Source: Pelomyxa schiedti (lineage: Eukaryota > Protista > Evosea). Taken from it: 64,000 bases of DNA. The DNA is taken from NCBI GenBank assembly GCA_020536535.1, contig JAHLWZ010000583.1:1-64000 (forward strand). The letters are read 5' to 3'. Made by a program: the position numbers and the translations under genes. Shown piece after piece: positions 26,476 through 40,700 of the stretch. The first letter of the stretch is position 1. The number at the start of each line of letters is the position of its first letter. The notes beneath the pieces are model-generated. The model was not told the DNA's origin. It saw only the letters and a list, made by a program, of their open reading frames with translations, and searched no databases.

Positions 26476-28111
26476 CTACCTAATTTTGTTTGACAATGGC
26501 AATGGGGTCAGTTGGCACCACCACAGGGACAAGGGATTTGTTGTACCTGTGACAACAGTTGATGAAGTGTTGGTCACAGAGAGAAACGCGGTTTTGGCTC
26601 CAGTGCAGCAGGATTTGAGGCGGTCTGATTGTTGATTGAGTTTGGTGTTTGTTGCGGAGGTTGCGGTTGTTGTAGTGGTGGTATGCGGTTGACTGTGGGA
26701 TTCGGGACTGTGTTGTTGGGGTGGTAGTTTGCTGCGTTGGGGTTTTGTTTGTTTGCGGGGGTGTTGCCGGTTGTTGTTTGTTGGTCTGAGTTCAAATGCT
26801 AGGATGAGAGGATTGAAGGAATTTGGAGGCAGAATGGGTGTGTAGTGCTGCAAAATAAAGCTGTCCGCGTAGTGATTGAATTCACCCTCTTTCCTGTTCA
26901 CCGAGAGATAGAGGCTGAGGCTTCGCAAAAGCGGTATAAGTTTGCTGAGGTGATCGGCTAGAGGAGGTATCCCCGAATTTGTGCTACTGCAAAGGTTTCC
27001 GGATTGCTTGCACTTGAGGCACAAGTGATGATGTACAGCTGTCTCAAGTATGAGTAAAACTTGTGCGTGCATCCTTGTGATAGTGAGGATGTATCCTTGT
27101 AATATAAGATAATTGGCTAACCATTGCCCTCGCACTTCTGCAACAGTTGGTTGTTCAGCTTGTGGCATAGAGGGATTTAGTAGAGTTTTGACTTCGGATA
27201 TCACGGTATCGTGCTGTTTAGGTATTATTTCAGACAGAGATCTTGTACAAAATTATTTATAGTTTGGTTTTGGGGATGAACTTCATCATACTGAGATGCT
27301 GCAGATTGAGTCCAAGCAAGGGCGTAGTACATAGAACGTCTGCCACTGATAGTGAATAATTTATCAAGTAATTAAGGGTTGAAACCTTAGTGCCGCATTA
27401 AAATCCCAATGCCCGAATTTTCCTAAAGCTTTTTTCTCCAGTGAAAACAGGCACTATTCTTTTACAGGAAAGTACCTGATGGTTTTATTGAAGACACTAG
27501 CGCCTTGTAGGATGCCTTCATCTGCTTAACAGCTTCTCCTGGGCTTGAAAACAGGACTCTTCCCCCTGAAACTCCATCTACTGCTTGCAACTAAGGTAAT
27601 CAATGTCACAACTAACAATATCAGAAACATAGTCCACACATATAGAGCTACAGGAGAAATAAGCACACTCCTAACACTGCAATCCTGAACCCTAATAATT
27701 GGTCAGTAGTCAGTTTCCAGTGTTTCCACCTTTCCACCCATTGATATTTTCCAAAAAAAAAAAAAAAATTTACGTGAGTACTGGGGAGCCAACGACCCTC
27801 TTGCGTTTGTGGCCCCCACGGCCACATCCAAGACTATTCCCAACAGCCACAACCCCTATATCCTGCCGTGATACACTGCAACTAGTACTACTGCTGCTAT
27901 TGTTGGCACTCTCCCCAAAACAAGTGTCCGGGGCCCCAAACGTAACTTTCTTCTTGGCTCCACCACCGTGCCTCCCACAATTGCCTTTGGAGACGGTTTC
28001 CGTCATCGGGGATCCGGGGCTTGTCCCACTTGTAGCAGTGGTTGCGGCGGCTCCTACGTCGTCGCATTCCGCTGCGCCTCGCGGTACCGTGGGAGGTGTC
28101 GCCTCCCGCAT
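26476..28111 (-). CDS. Hypothetical protein (multi-exon)
   Basis: ORFs 27770-28117 and 26476-27204 with intervening exon-like segments; no family recognised. Confidence 0.4.
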
Positions 28112-28274
28112 CACCAACTCGTTGTGTATGAAATTATGTGAAAAAAGGAGTCAAAAGGGTACGTTTTTTTTTACAGTCACTTGTGTGCCACAAGCAAGGG
28201 TTTGTCCCGTGTATTTTTTTTTTTATTTATTTTGTATTTGGGTTGGTGGCTCTTGGGTGCCGGTGTAGTTGTTG

Positions 28275-29205
28275 TTAGAGTAAAGCAGCCAATAGAATGG
28301 CTGCAAGAAGAAGTATAGCGAGGGGAACCGCGGAAGTTCCGGCGGTGCTGGGTGTAGCTGGTTGGGAGTTAGACAAAACTTATTTGCTTTGTTTTTTGGG
28401 AATGGAATGCGTACTGCAGGGAATGCTCTTGTAGTAGAGATAGCCATATTCGGACTTGTACCCTTGGATAAAGTAGCAGTACGGCTCGGAAACGTAAGTC
28501 TCACAGTCTTTGCAGTTAGAGTCATAGCAAACATCCACCCAGAGGGAATAGTCCGTGTCACAGGTTACTGTGAAGTAGGCATCCTCGTAAGGGTACAGGC
28601 AGCACTCGTCGTATGGCTTGCACTCTTCCGAGGGATCCCACAGGGCAGGATCAGCATACAACCCGATTGGGGTTCCTCGGCAGTGTTCGTCATTGTAGAG
28701 GTTATATGTATTTGACCTTTGTACTGTCAGTGTTGTGTGTCACATACCGGAAACGAAAAAAACGCACTGGGGCAGAGTCAAGTTATAGACGGTACCACAT
28801 TCCACCTCTACGCTGCTACCCTCCTCACAAGACGTCAACGTGCACTCTTCCGAATTAACGGTAGGAATATCAATTGCTTCTGGGTTGTATATAAACTAAC
28901 CAAACGAAATTCAAAGTTCCAGTTAGTCGTGGAAAACGTAAACCATAAAAAAACAGTAACGCATCACAATGGTAATAAAAAAACCCCCGGCAATGCCCAA
29001 TTTTCAAAAGAAAACAAAAAACGATCCCGGGATTGTGGGACACCTGTCCATAAGCGTAGTACGGATCGTTGCAGTGCTCGACGTCTGACCACAACGTCAC
29101 TCGCGTCGTAGAGAATCCCATAACCCCGATCGCAGCGCACAACATCACTGTAACCGCTACGCCGCACAACCTCCCATAACCACAACCCCGCGGCATTGTC
29201 ACCAT
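28275..29205 (-). CDS. Small secreted Cys/Tyr/Asp-rich protein with predicted GPI-anchor signal
   Basis: Signal-like LCGVAVTVMLCAAIGVMG; Cys-rich body (ECKPYDECC..CYDSNCKDC); last exon TTPSTAGTSAVPLAILLLAAILLAALL*. Confidence 0.6.
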
Positions 29206-29290
29206 GTCCTTTTGTTTCTTCTTGTTTTTTCCTTCTTCGGCGAAACTAAAAACAAAAGAGAGAAGGAGTTGAGATCTCGTTGCAACGATC

Positions 29291-32200
29291 TTATGGTTCG
29301 CAGTGGTCCCATACATTGAGGATTCGGGACATCGAGGGGGTCACCGGCGACCAGCAGCACGTGATGACCTGCCTGGCCCAATCTGGCATGGATGTGGTTG
29401 GTTCCGAGAATGATGGTGTGGCGGTGGTGGTGACTGTGGGTTGCAACTGCATGAGGGGGTGTGCAGTGCCCACGAGGATGTGCACGTCATCGTGGGGTAT
29501 CGGCAGCAGCGCGATTGTGGGTCCCGTGTTCACGAATCCCACTGATGAATCATCATAGCGCCGCGCTGCGTGGTTGGGCCTGGCTGTTGTTGATGTTGTT
29601 GTTGCTGTTGTTTTGGTGTTGGTGGTTGCGGTGGATGTGTGGATGGAATTGGCCAATTGTATCTCAACAAAGTCCGCCAATGGCTCCATCACCCGGTAAA
29701 CAAGAATTCCTAGCCAATAATCGGTGAGGAAAAAAGGGCAAACTGATTAGGGATTTATTACCAAAGTTCCGTACATCATCCTTTGTGCTGCAGTGCGTGA
29801 ACCGGTCCACCACGTTCGCGGCCGGGACAACCTGTTTGTTGTTCAGAAGAGTTTCTGTATGAAAAAAAAAAGGGGGAAGGACCTTGGCCCAAGGGCCAGA
29901 GTCCGATTCATCCAAGGAAGTTACTAAAATCCGGCCTATGTTGTGTGTTATTGGAGGAATAAGTTGAAGAAACAAACCGGGATCGGCCGGCATCTCACCG
30001 TGAATGACGAGAGGGGGGTTTTGGTTGTGGAGGTGTTGCAATCCCGAGGCTACATTCCTCAGTATCTTTGCTCTCAAGCTCATAGGGAAAATCTTCTCCA
30101 GGGTGGTGAGTTGTTGTATCCGGTCACTAGTTTGGGTGGCAACGTGGGTCACACACATTTCAAGAAAGTTGCTCAGCTCAATTGCCTGTGGGATAAGGCC
30201 CAAAATGTCTTCGAAAATTCCCTTGAAGCAAGGAGGAATAGTGAGAGTAACGGCCTCTGTAACCAGCGACAACCGATTAGTGGTCTGAAGGATGCAGGAA
30301 CCAAGCACCTTGACAACATTGGGGTGCGTGGGGATTGCCCTCAAACAATTCGCCATAGGCAATGTTATTCGAGGGGAGCCATCCTCTGTTGCCGCTGCAT
30401 AGCCGTTGATCTGTCGTCGTTTTGTTCCAACGACGGCCGCGCTGGTGGGACCTCCAGGAGTAACAGTAAGGAAATCGCGCTCCGGGACTAGGTCAGTGAA
30501 ATGTACTGGGGTGCCGCTATTGGCTCTGTTGCCTTGCTTGCATATAAAGTTGCACGTTGTAAAACCTCCGGTAAGTTGTGCCTGGTCCACTGAAAAGAAG
30601 TGGAACTGTGGTGGTAGTACTTGTCCTTCTGCGCCATCAGGCAGGAGCATGAAAGGAGTTTGCACAAGCTCCGATAAGCAAATTGGGCATGGATAGGAAT
30701 ACACAGCCTGTGATAAATGCCTCTCCCTCACAAAGTTTTCCATCCAGGAAATTACAATTGCCATCAAATTGCACTTCCAGTGGGGTTCCTCTCCTTTCAG
30801 AAATGTTGTCAGCATTATGACATCAAATGAGTTATTCTTGTAGCCTGGGTATGTTATCAATAAGCGTTGGCTAATCGGCGATTCCTTGGTACTGAAAGTT
30901 TTTGAAAGCCACATTCCAGTTTTCCAATAAAGGTTAACAGTAACATCAGGAAGGTGACAGAGCATGGTCATCACTTTGCTTACTAGTCCCTCTATTAGAG
31001 GGCACCTAAAGTCAATTGACCTCCCATTCACAATGTCCCTCTGATCGTCAGGACATTGGCAGCGATCCTCCCAAATTTTATTCAATCTGCAGTGGAAGAT
31101 AGAAGGAGATGGTGCAGGAAGGAATGAAAAAGAAAGGTAGGGCCTGGGACTGTTATTTGTCATGAACATCAGGTCCAGTTCTAACATAAGTTCACGAAGG
31201 GAATCACCCTGTCGAGATAGCATTATATTTGCATACTGAGACATTTGTGAGAGTAGAGAAAGGAAGGAGTCGCCAGAGGCATATTCTTTAGCTGCAGCCA
31301 TTAGGTCATTGAACCACAAAGGCTGACACACTACCATGTCTTTCAAGCGGGAGTTCGATTGGAATTGTGAATGCCTGAAGTGGATAATGGCACCGGCATC
31401 GGACAAGAACTCACAGCACAGGGACAAGTCTATCTCATCAATGTGCTCCTTATTGGATGTCCCCACACCTTTTTTCTTTGCCAAGCGAAGAAACTCTGTC
31501 CACTTTAGAGTTTTTTCCGGGAGTGCCTTACAGAGGAGCATCCAATTGTGGGAAACTGGCGTCTCTTCCTTGGAGACATTCTTCTCGAGCATTTCTGCTA
31601 TGTCATATCCAGGTTTGTACAGAATTATTTCCCCACCCCCAGAGAACGGGTAACTGTATGACACTGCTTCAGTGTATGGCGTGCTGAGAGTGTAAAAGCC
31701 AATAAACTTCAGGTTTTTCCCAAGGTGTGGTGTGATGCACGGCTCCAGAAGTTTCTCGTTTATGTAGAGAGAAAAGTTTCTGTCTCTTTTGTGAGAAGAA
31801 ATTCCAATCACAACAACTTTTGCCCTTCCAGCTCTGTTGTATTGGTATTGACATTTAGATATCTCCCCAAGCCAAAAGTGAATCCTCTCTGTATTGCAAC
31901 GATTGTAATCAGTGGCATCAAAGAAGAGCAGAAATACTGACTTGCTAGTAAAGAGGAGTGGGTAAAATGCGTTCTCTCTGTCCCCTTTTTGAATGAATGA
32001 ATTAGATTGTTACATAAAACTATTACCTAATTCCCATGCAGTCCAGGTGTGATCTGAGTGTTTTGAGAGCTTAAATTGGCTTCGAATCGAAATGAGGCCA
32101 GTTTTTCGAGTAGAGCTTGCTTTTTTTACTTTGAGTCTGTTTTTGTTTGACACTAGAAAATCCACAAAAGCTGATTTGCCGTAAACATCTTCGCCAATGA

Positions 32201-33600
32201 GAACCATTTTATGAAGTGATGGAAACATAGGTGGCTTTCCAAAGAGAAGGTAATGTCTCAGGGAACTCCATCTAGACTGCCTCAAATGCTTTGGCACGTT
32301 TGCCAAAAGGGGGCTGGATTCATCCAAGATAACAGTTTTGATACGGGAGTGAAAGAACCACAGCGGGAGCCCGTGGATGTAATTTCCAGAGAGGTTCAGG
32401 CTTTTACAGCAAAGTCCCCTTAATTCATCTGGCACAGAGTCCATATGCAAGTCTGAAAGGTCAACATCTTTGCGTTTTAGAGCGTTTGTAAGAATCATTT
32501 CTTGTACTGCTGGCCAATTCCTCATTTGAATCCACCTCTGCAGCGCCAATCCCTTGAAATTAACCACCGGGATGTGCTTCCCTTCTGCACCCACTTCTTG
32601 TACTTCAGATTCAGATGATGGTTCCTGGAAAAGCTCTAACATATATCTCACAGTGGAAGGAGCCATTTCCGCGATATCAATGGTTTCCCCAGGCGCAAAA
32701 GAGAGGGGTAATGGCGAGTGGCCCGAGTGTCCATGAGAAGCTGTAACCCCTGAGAGAAATCAGTGGGCAATCCAGCGATTATATTGAACGAGCGAACATA
32801 GACGGAACGCTGGGCATACCGCCATTGTAGCGCGATGTTTCCAGAATTTCCGAAATCAATCCGGCCAGTGACTCCGCATCCCTGGTTTCATCCCACCGTA
32901 TCAGCTTCCGCGTGTACATCTTGTATCCTTGTTAAATTAGTAAGTCGCGTATGGGGTACGAATACACACCAAGAGTGCGGCCCAAATGAGAGCCTTTCCC
33001 TGGCCCGGCCGCCTCATCTCTACATGGGGGCCCCTGTACACAATCAAATACCGTCGCACCACATTGCCCCCAGTCCCTCCCCCTCCCCCTCCCCCAGCCC
33101 CGCGGGTGCCCGCCCCTTGTCCCTCCTCCCCCCCCCTCTGCCTCCGCCCCCTCCGCCGTCTCCTGCCCCTCCTCCCCCTCTGTGCTGTACAGGTGGGCCA
33201 GCTGCCTCTTGGTGGCTGGGGCCAGCACGTCCCCCACGCTCTGAATCACCGTGACGACAACGCGCACCCAGCTTCGGGAGCCCCCCGTCGGCCCACGGTG
33301 GGACCACGCGTCGTAGCCCCCCCACACCCTCAGACCCAAGGGGGCGGGGGGTGGTGGGCGCGCGGCCGCGCCGCCGCCCCCTGGGTCGGCGCATGAGCCT
33401 GGGCGTGGGTCGCAGGCGCCGTTGGCCCGCCACACGTGTGGGGGGGGCTGCTGGGCTGCTGCTGCCGCGCGGGCGAGGAGGGGGCCCAGCAGGAACTCGG
33501 CTTCCTCCCCGATCACCACGCAATCGACGCCGTGGTCCCCCTCCTCGTCTCCTCTTTTTGCTGTGGCGGGGCCACCGTCGTCCATCCTACTACTGGCCAT
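29291..33600 (-). CDS. ROCO-like protein (LRR-Roc-COR-kinase-like), degenerate
   Basis: LRRs (VDLSDLHMDSVP, LNLSGNYIHGLP), Roc-like MVLIGEDVYGKS and WELG, COR-like CEFLSDAGAIIHF..LKDMVVCQPLWF, kinase-like HPNVVKVLGSC and VASGLQHLHNQNPPLVIHGEM. Confidence 0.75.
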
Positions 33601-33725
33601 TCGAATGGTGGTTTTCTGGGAAAAGGTCCTTCATGGTGATGATGGGATTTCGGTGCATTAGATACCAGATCAAAGCGACAATAAGGGGAGCGGGTGTGCA
33701 TCGCGCGGGGGAGGGACAATAACAG

Positions 33726-36700
33726 ATGGACGAGGAGGCAGATAAGAAGTGTTTCGAGCTCAAATCTGGTACTCGACTCACTCTGTTGTGTGTTATTGTG
33801 TTGTTTACGGTTACATTGGGGGGATGTTAGATAGTAGCTTTGTTACTATGTTCAAGCGCTTGCAACAAATACCCACACTCATACGATTCTTTGACCGTGG
33901 GAAGTATTTCACGGTGAGTTGTTTTCTCTCTTGATACGTGGAAAAAAATTCCTACTTTGCACAGGCACATGACCACAACGCTGACTACATTGCCTTGGAA
34001 TATTATAAATCAAAAAAGGGGATTAGGTGGGAATTCCTATACCGACCTTAGCATTGGGCTAACAAAACTATATCTGAATATCTAGAATTGCTGACGATCT
34101 CAAATATGTTGTAGTGAGAGCGGGGATTGAGTTCCAAGATATGGTGCATGATATGTTGCTCAAGAAAAACCTCTCTGTGGAAGTATTCGCATTCGTGAAT
34201 CATGAATGGGTTGCCGTAAAACGTGTATGGCCTGAGACCCTTTCCCATAGAATTCTAACTCTACGTCATAGGGATCTCCGGGAAATCTCCAGCAGTTTGA
34301 AGATACCATATTCGCATCGGCCGAAATGCATGACTCCTCAGTCATTCTTTCACTTGTCACACATTCTACCCTCTCTGCCACGGTAGACAAATTATTATTT
34401 CCACTAAAGGGGTTCCTAACTCATGTAGAATGTTGGTGTGGCTTTTGTGGACTCCTACACTCAGACAATAGGAGTAATGGAATTTCCTGATGATGACCAG
34501 CTTTCAAATTTAGAGGTTACCCAGAAGAAGGATATTTTTTTTTGCTCCTAACATTATCAGTGTGCAGTAGTACAGAGAGGGGCAAAGGAATGCCTTATAG
34601 AAACTGTGGCTGAAAACAACGCTATAGGAAAGAGACTATTACAAGTGCTGGAACGCACCAATGTTGCTGTTACCCAAAAGAAGAAAGGCACCCAACACTT
34701 AACTTCTTTGTTTTTCTGATCTTCATCAGCCGACTTCAATGCAAAAGACATTGAACAAGACTTGTCACGATTACTTGGAGATATACGACCTCACCTTGGT
34801 ATCATCTAGCTTTGTTACTTCTCTTTCCTCATTCGTAACAGCTGCGTTGGAAAAACGGTTGGCAATGCAAGCTCTAGCATGCACAATTAAGTATTTGGAG
34901 GTTAGTCTCTATTGATTTCGCGTTCCTTTAAGAGTCACCTCACTGTCTTCAGTTGCTATCCAGCGGTGAACAACACTTTAAATTGGAAGTAGTTGACCTC
35001 AAGCAGTTTATGAAACTGGATGGTGCTGCCATGAGCGCCCTCAATCTTGTGCCCTCTCCCAAAGACGGTTTTCTCATAATTGTTTGGTGCTCCTGACTTT
35101 CTAAACTCTCATAAGGCCCTGGAGCAATGAACTTGTTCAATATTCTGAATCACTGCCAGACTTCGATGGGAGAGAGACAGTTAATAAGATGGATAAAGCA
35201 ACCTTTGATAGATGTCAATGAAATAAGTATTGTCCCTCCTGCTACTACCTTTCTCACTGTGCACAGTCAAGCGGCAAGACAGAGTAGAAGCATTAGTGGT
35301 TGATACATCTGCCCGCCGTAGGCTTCAGGTTCAACAGTCTCTGCATCCATTCGTCAAATCACCTCAAATAGGAAGGAATCAAAGGAATTCCAGATTTGGA
35401 TCGTTTAGCAAAACGGCTTTCTTCCCACAAGGGAACACTTCAGGTATCTTACCTTTCCATTACAAAGGGTCATATTCAATACAAAATTGCAGGACACCGT
35501 ATCGTTCTATGGTGTAATAAAGAAAATCCAAATTTTGCAAGACGCACTCTCAGAAGTTCAAACACCCTATAACGCTCCAATGCGGGAGGAATTTTTGATT
35601 CCCCTAGAGGTCTTTCTACTGCCTAGCAAGGTATTTAGGTAATCAATTGAACAGGAAAACTCTGAGGGTTGTTCTGAGTACATCAAATTTGTAGAAACGG
35701 CAATAAACATGGAGAAGGTGGAAAAAGAACATGTGTATGAACCTCACCACAACATAAATACCCCTCACATTCCATACAGGTATGAAATCAATCCGACACA
35801 AAACGGTGACCTCCTGGCCATCGAGAAGAGCAGAGAAGCGATCTCTGGAAAAATTACCGCCGAGCAGCAAAGCGTAGCTGACTCAATGTCTATTCCTGTT
35901 TCTAGAGTCAAACTTGTGGAGGCACCCCAACATTTTTTCCTCTTCAGAGTCACAAAGAAGGTGAGTCCATTTGTTATCTTAAAAAAAAAACATATCTATG
36001 ATGTAGGATTCGTCACACGTACAGGGGAAAAACTATCGGATCATAGACAACGCAAAAGGAGCTTGCAGATTCACTACAACAAACCTCCAGCGTCTTGTTT
36101 CCAAACAACACGAACTGGAGGAAAACTATCAAGCCCTTTCACAGGCTGTCACAGACAAAGTCAAAGAAATTACCGGTTAGTTGATTCTGCTTTTCTTTTT
36201 GGTCACTGACCTTGTTGAAGAAAGCTTTATCCCGCTCATAGAACTTGTTGCTTATACTGTCTCCAGACTTGACGTTTTCCTGAGGTAAACTAAGGACCTT
36301 CACTGATGTGGCTCCCTCACCTTCACTTCTAGTTTAGCTGAGGCTGCTTGCGTTGCTCCTACACAGTACATTCGCCCCGAAGTTGTGCCTTCTGTCTCTG
36401 TTGTAGATTCCACTCCTTCAAGCAGTCCGGCAAGAAACGAGATTGTCCTGCTTGATTCTCGGCATCCCTGTGTTGAGAAAGGAGAAGGGATACATTTTAT
36501 ACCAAACAATGTTGAGCTCCGATCTGGTATGTTTAAATGCAAGGTGTTCCGTTCTTTGACGCAATTTTAGGGGAATCAACTTTCCAGATCATTACTGGCC
36601 CTAACATGGGAGGCAAGTCCACTTACATAAGACAGGTACCTATTGACATCAGGCTCTTCTTTCTTTAATGTCAAAAATCAGATTGGTGTAATAAGTGTAA

Positions 36701-37700
36701 TGGCCCAACTTGGCAGTTTCGTTCCCTGCTCCAAGGCACATTTAAGCATAGTAGATTGCATCCTTTGCCGTGTTGGTGCCGGTGACAGCCAACTCAGGGG
36801 AGTTTCTACCTTCATGGCAGAAATGCTTGAGACTGCCACCATACTCAGAGTCTGTACTCCCAACACAAAACATCTTCCCTCACTATTTACTATTAGCATT
36901 ACAATTCTAACACCGCAATAGACAGCAACCCCACGTTCACTTATCATAATTGACGAACTTGGCCGCGGAACCTCAACTTATGATGGTTTTGGTCTTGCGT
37001 GGGCAATATCTGAATACATATGCAACCAAATTGGATGCCTATGCCTATTTGCTACACATTTTCATGAGCTCACAGCTTTGAGCGAACGCATACCTTTCGT
37101 TAAAAACAAGCACGTCACCGCGCACACATCAGAGAACCGGCTTGTTCTCCAGTATCAGTGTGTTATCTTCCCAATCTTAACAACCACATACCAAAAGCCC
37201 TTATATACCAATATACATTTCTCAATCCCCGCTCAGGGTTAAAGATGGACCGTGTGACCAGAGCTTCGGTATTCACGTCGCGGAACTAGCAGACTTCCCG
37301 CCGGCAGTCATTCAGATTGCAAAGCGCAAAGCCCAGGAGCTAGAGAACTTCGGCACACCAAGAAAACTACCCCGGACCGCGTCCTCAACACCCCCAACAA
37401 CGACCACGTCTTCAGTCCGTTCGTCAGTGGATACTACTGGCCTAAGTGAGGAGGAAATGGTATGTTGTCATGGCATATCTCACCACCACACTCTATTATC
37501 CTCCAAACTCCTCGCTAATCACACAAACACCCTAGGCAAGGGGACGGTTCCTTGTAGGACAGTTCCTAAAGGACTTGTGCAGAATACCAACCACTCTGCC
37601 TGATGAGGAACTCACAGACAAAGTTACACAGTTGAGGGATGCTCTGTGTAGGGAGAACAACGCGTATGTGGCAAGGCTTATAGCCTCATCAAAGCTGTGA
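33726..37700 (+). CDS. MSH2: DNA mismatch repair protein MSH2
   Basis: [122 protein letters not shown]. Confidence 0.96.
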
Positions 37701-37785
37701 TAGTGATGATGAAAAGGCATAAAACAAAAAGGGTAAGAAAGTAGGATTAAGAATGTGGCATTATTTCACACTTAGGAAGGATTAT

Positions 37786-40700
37786 TTAGCTTGTGATAGA
37801 CTTGTAAATGAGGGTGGCAAAGTCCATGCCTTTCATTTCATCGGCGGTCTTAGTGTCAACTGCCGCATTGTTAGCGTTAAATGGGTGGGAAGGGAAGAGG
37901 TGATGCCTATGTCGAATTTAGCTCCTTTTCTCTCCAGGCCATTGTCCAGGTTCTTCAAGAACTTTCTGGCACCGGGGTCTTCCCCTATTTGGATAAACGA
38001 GACAGAAAGCTCGTCGTCATCCCGTAGTCGTCTGGTGCACTGGATAATCTCATTCTCAACTGCCGGTTGACTATTGGGCTCCCCGTCAGTGATAACAAGA
38101 ATTGTCTCGGGCTTTGCTCCATTGTCGAAGTGTTCCCTGAATGCTTTGCGGAGAACGCCAGCAAGATCAGTGGATCCACCTGGGCGGTAGCGGTTGAAGA
38201 GCTGATTTACAACTCGTTCATCTCGTATCCCAGTCTCTTTGCTGAAGTTATCAGAGAAGAAGTAAACCGTAACACCATCGGGATCTGCTTTGCACACTGC
38301 AGGCGCGAGAATTGCTGCAGATTGTCAGAAACAACGTACAACTGAGAAAAACTCACCAACGGCTTCCCTGGCGGCATCCCAGCGACTCTTCCCTCTGCAG
38401 AAACTGTGAGGAAATGGAATAAGGCTAGGAGGAGTACCTGCCAATACCGCTGCTCATAGAACCACTTTTGTCGACAATCCTAGAAGCACATTAAGTTCAC
38501 TTTCTAAAATATAATGGGTGCACACAAAGTGTAATCCCGTGCCAAAGATTCCGCCAGGTTATTGAAGAATCTCAAGCCGCGATCTGTTCCACCAGGTGGC
38601 GGACGACTCACTGCTACTTGGGACATGGGACCAGGGTAAGCACCTCCAGGAGGGTAAACAGTCCCGGGTGGGTATGATCCCCCCTGAGGTGGGTACACTG
38701 CTGAGCCAGAACGGATTACGGAACCGGATTGAGGAGGGTAACCTGGTTGTGGTCCAACTGCTCTAGGATCAGGGTTGCCATAGCCGGGCTGTGGTCCAAT
38801 TGGTTTAGGATCTGGGTGAGGGTAACCAGGTTGAGGTCCAGTTGGTGGAGGGTCAGGATTACGTGGAGGATAACCCGGTTGAGGAGGGTAGCCTGGCTGT
38901 GGAGGATAACCTGGCTGGGGAGGGTATCCAGGCTGTGGAGGGTAACCTGGTTGTGGTGGATAACCTGGCTGGGGAGGGTAACCCGGTTGGGGTGGGTATC
39001 CAGGTTGAGGTGGATATCCGGGTTGGGGTGGATAGCCTCGGCCTTGGGGACCTTGCTGAGTTGGGGGCTGACCAGGCTGGCCTGGCTGAGTCGGTGGCTG
39101 TCCAGGTTGCCCTGGGTATGGTGGATACGGTGGGTAGCCTGGTGGGGGATATCCATATGGGTAAGGTGGGTAACTTGGTGGATATCCGTATGGAGGGTAG
39201 GGGGGATAACCTGGCGGTGGTTGATTTGGTTGGCCAGGAGGTGTTGGTTGACCCGGCTTGACAGCTGATTGTTGTCCTGGTTGTGATCCTTGTCCTGGTT
39301 GCGGGGGTTGCCCTGGTTGTGGTGGGCCGGGCTGATATGGCGGATAATTCTGTGGTGGATATGGATAACCTGGGGGGGGATAAGGGTAACCTGGTGGAGG
39401 ATAAGGATAGTTGGGTGGGAACCAAGAGGACTGTCCTGGTTGCCCTGGCATTTGTTGCCCAGGCTGTCCTTGCATCGGTTGCCCTGGTTGTCCTGGCTGG
39501 CCTGGCATTGGCGGTCCTTGCATTGGTTGCCCAGGTTGTCCCTGCATCGGTGGCCCTTGCATAGGTTGCCCTGGTTGTCCCGGCTGTCCTGGTTGCCCTG
39601 GCATTGGTGGTCCTTGCATTGGTTGCCCAGGTTGTCCCTGCATCGGTTGTCCTGGTTGTCCCGGCTGTCCTGGTTGCCCTGGCATTGGTTGCCCAGGTTG
39701 TCCCTGCATCGGTGGTCCTTGCATCGGTTGCCCTGGTTGTCCCGGCTGTCCTGGCATAGGTTGCCCCGGTTGACCTGGCATAGGCTGACCGGGCTGCAAA
39801 GGCTGTCCAGGTGTTGGCTGCCCAGGTTGCAAAGGCTGTCCAGGTGTTGGTTGCGTTGGTTGGCCTGGGGGATACGATCCCTGAAGTGGTGGTTGTCCAG
39901 GGCCAGGCGGAAACATCGAGGAGGTGAATGCTGGTTTCGACGTGAGGTCACAAACGAAAATATAAGTAAATAAGGGAGGTTGTAAATACATGCAGAGCTC
40001 GGTGGTTGTCCTGGCTGTTGCGTAGGTTGCCCTGGTTGTCCCTGCATAGGTTGTCCTGGTTGCCCTGGCTGTGGCCCGGGAGGGAACGCCCCTGGTGGAT
40101 ACAGCCCTGTCACCGATGTAACCAATTAAGCCCGGAAAAAGAGCAAAAAAAAAAAAAAAAAAAAAAGCATACCAGGAGGGNNNNNNNNNNNNNNNNNNNN
40201 NNNNNNNNNNNNNNNNNNNNNNNNNNNNNNNNNNNNNNNNNNNNNNNNNNNNNNNNNNNNNNNNNNNNNNNNNNNNNNNNTTTTTTTTTTTTTGTGCGTT
40301 CTCTTTCTTGGCTTAATTGGTAACATCGGTGACAGGGCTGTATCCACCAGGGGCGTTCCCTCCCGGGCCACAGCCAGGGCAACCAGGGCAACCTATGCAG
40401 GGACAACCAGGGCAACCAGGACAACCGCCGAGCTCTGCATGTATTTACAACCTCCCTCATTTACTTATATTTTCGTTTGTGACCTCACGTCGAAACTAGC
40501 ATTCACCTCCTCCATGTTTCCGCCTGGCCCTGGCATTGGTGGTCCTTGCATTGGTTGCCCAGGTTGTCCCTGCATCGGTTGCCCTGGTTGTCCCGGCTGT
40601 CCTGGTTGCCCTGGCATTGGTTGCCCAGGTTGTCCCGGCTGTCCTGGCATCGGTGGTCCTTGCATCGGTTGCCCTGGTTGTCCCGGCTGTCCTGGCATAG

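Noticed and set aside
34027-34110. Apparent non-canonical intron in MSH2
   Set aside because: A single GT-AG intron ending at ..ATATCTAG gives a continuous frame ([13 protein letters not shown]).
39411-39773. Cys-rich (CPG)n metallothionein-like ORF
   Set aside because: Antisense shadow of the PGQ repeats; the same applies to 40292-40720.
38870-39860. Possible CRISPR-like array
   Set aside because: Codon-periodic protein repeats without unique spacers, in a eukaryotic gene.
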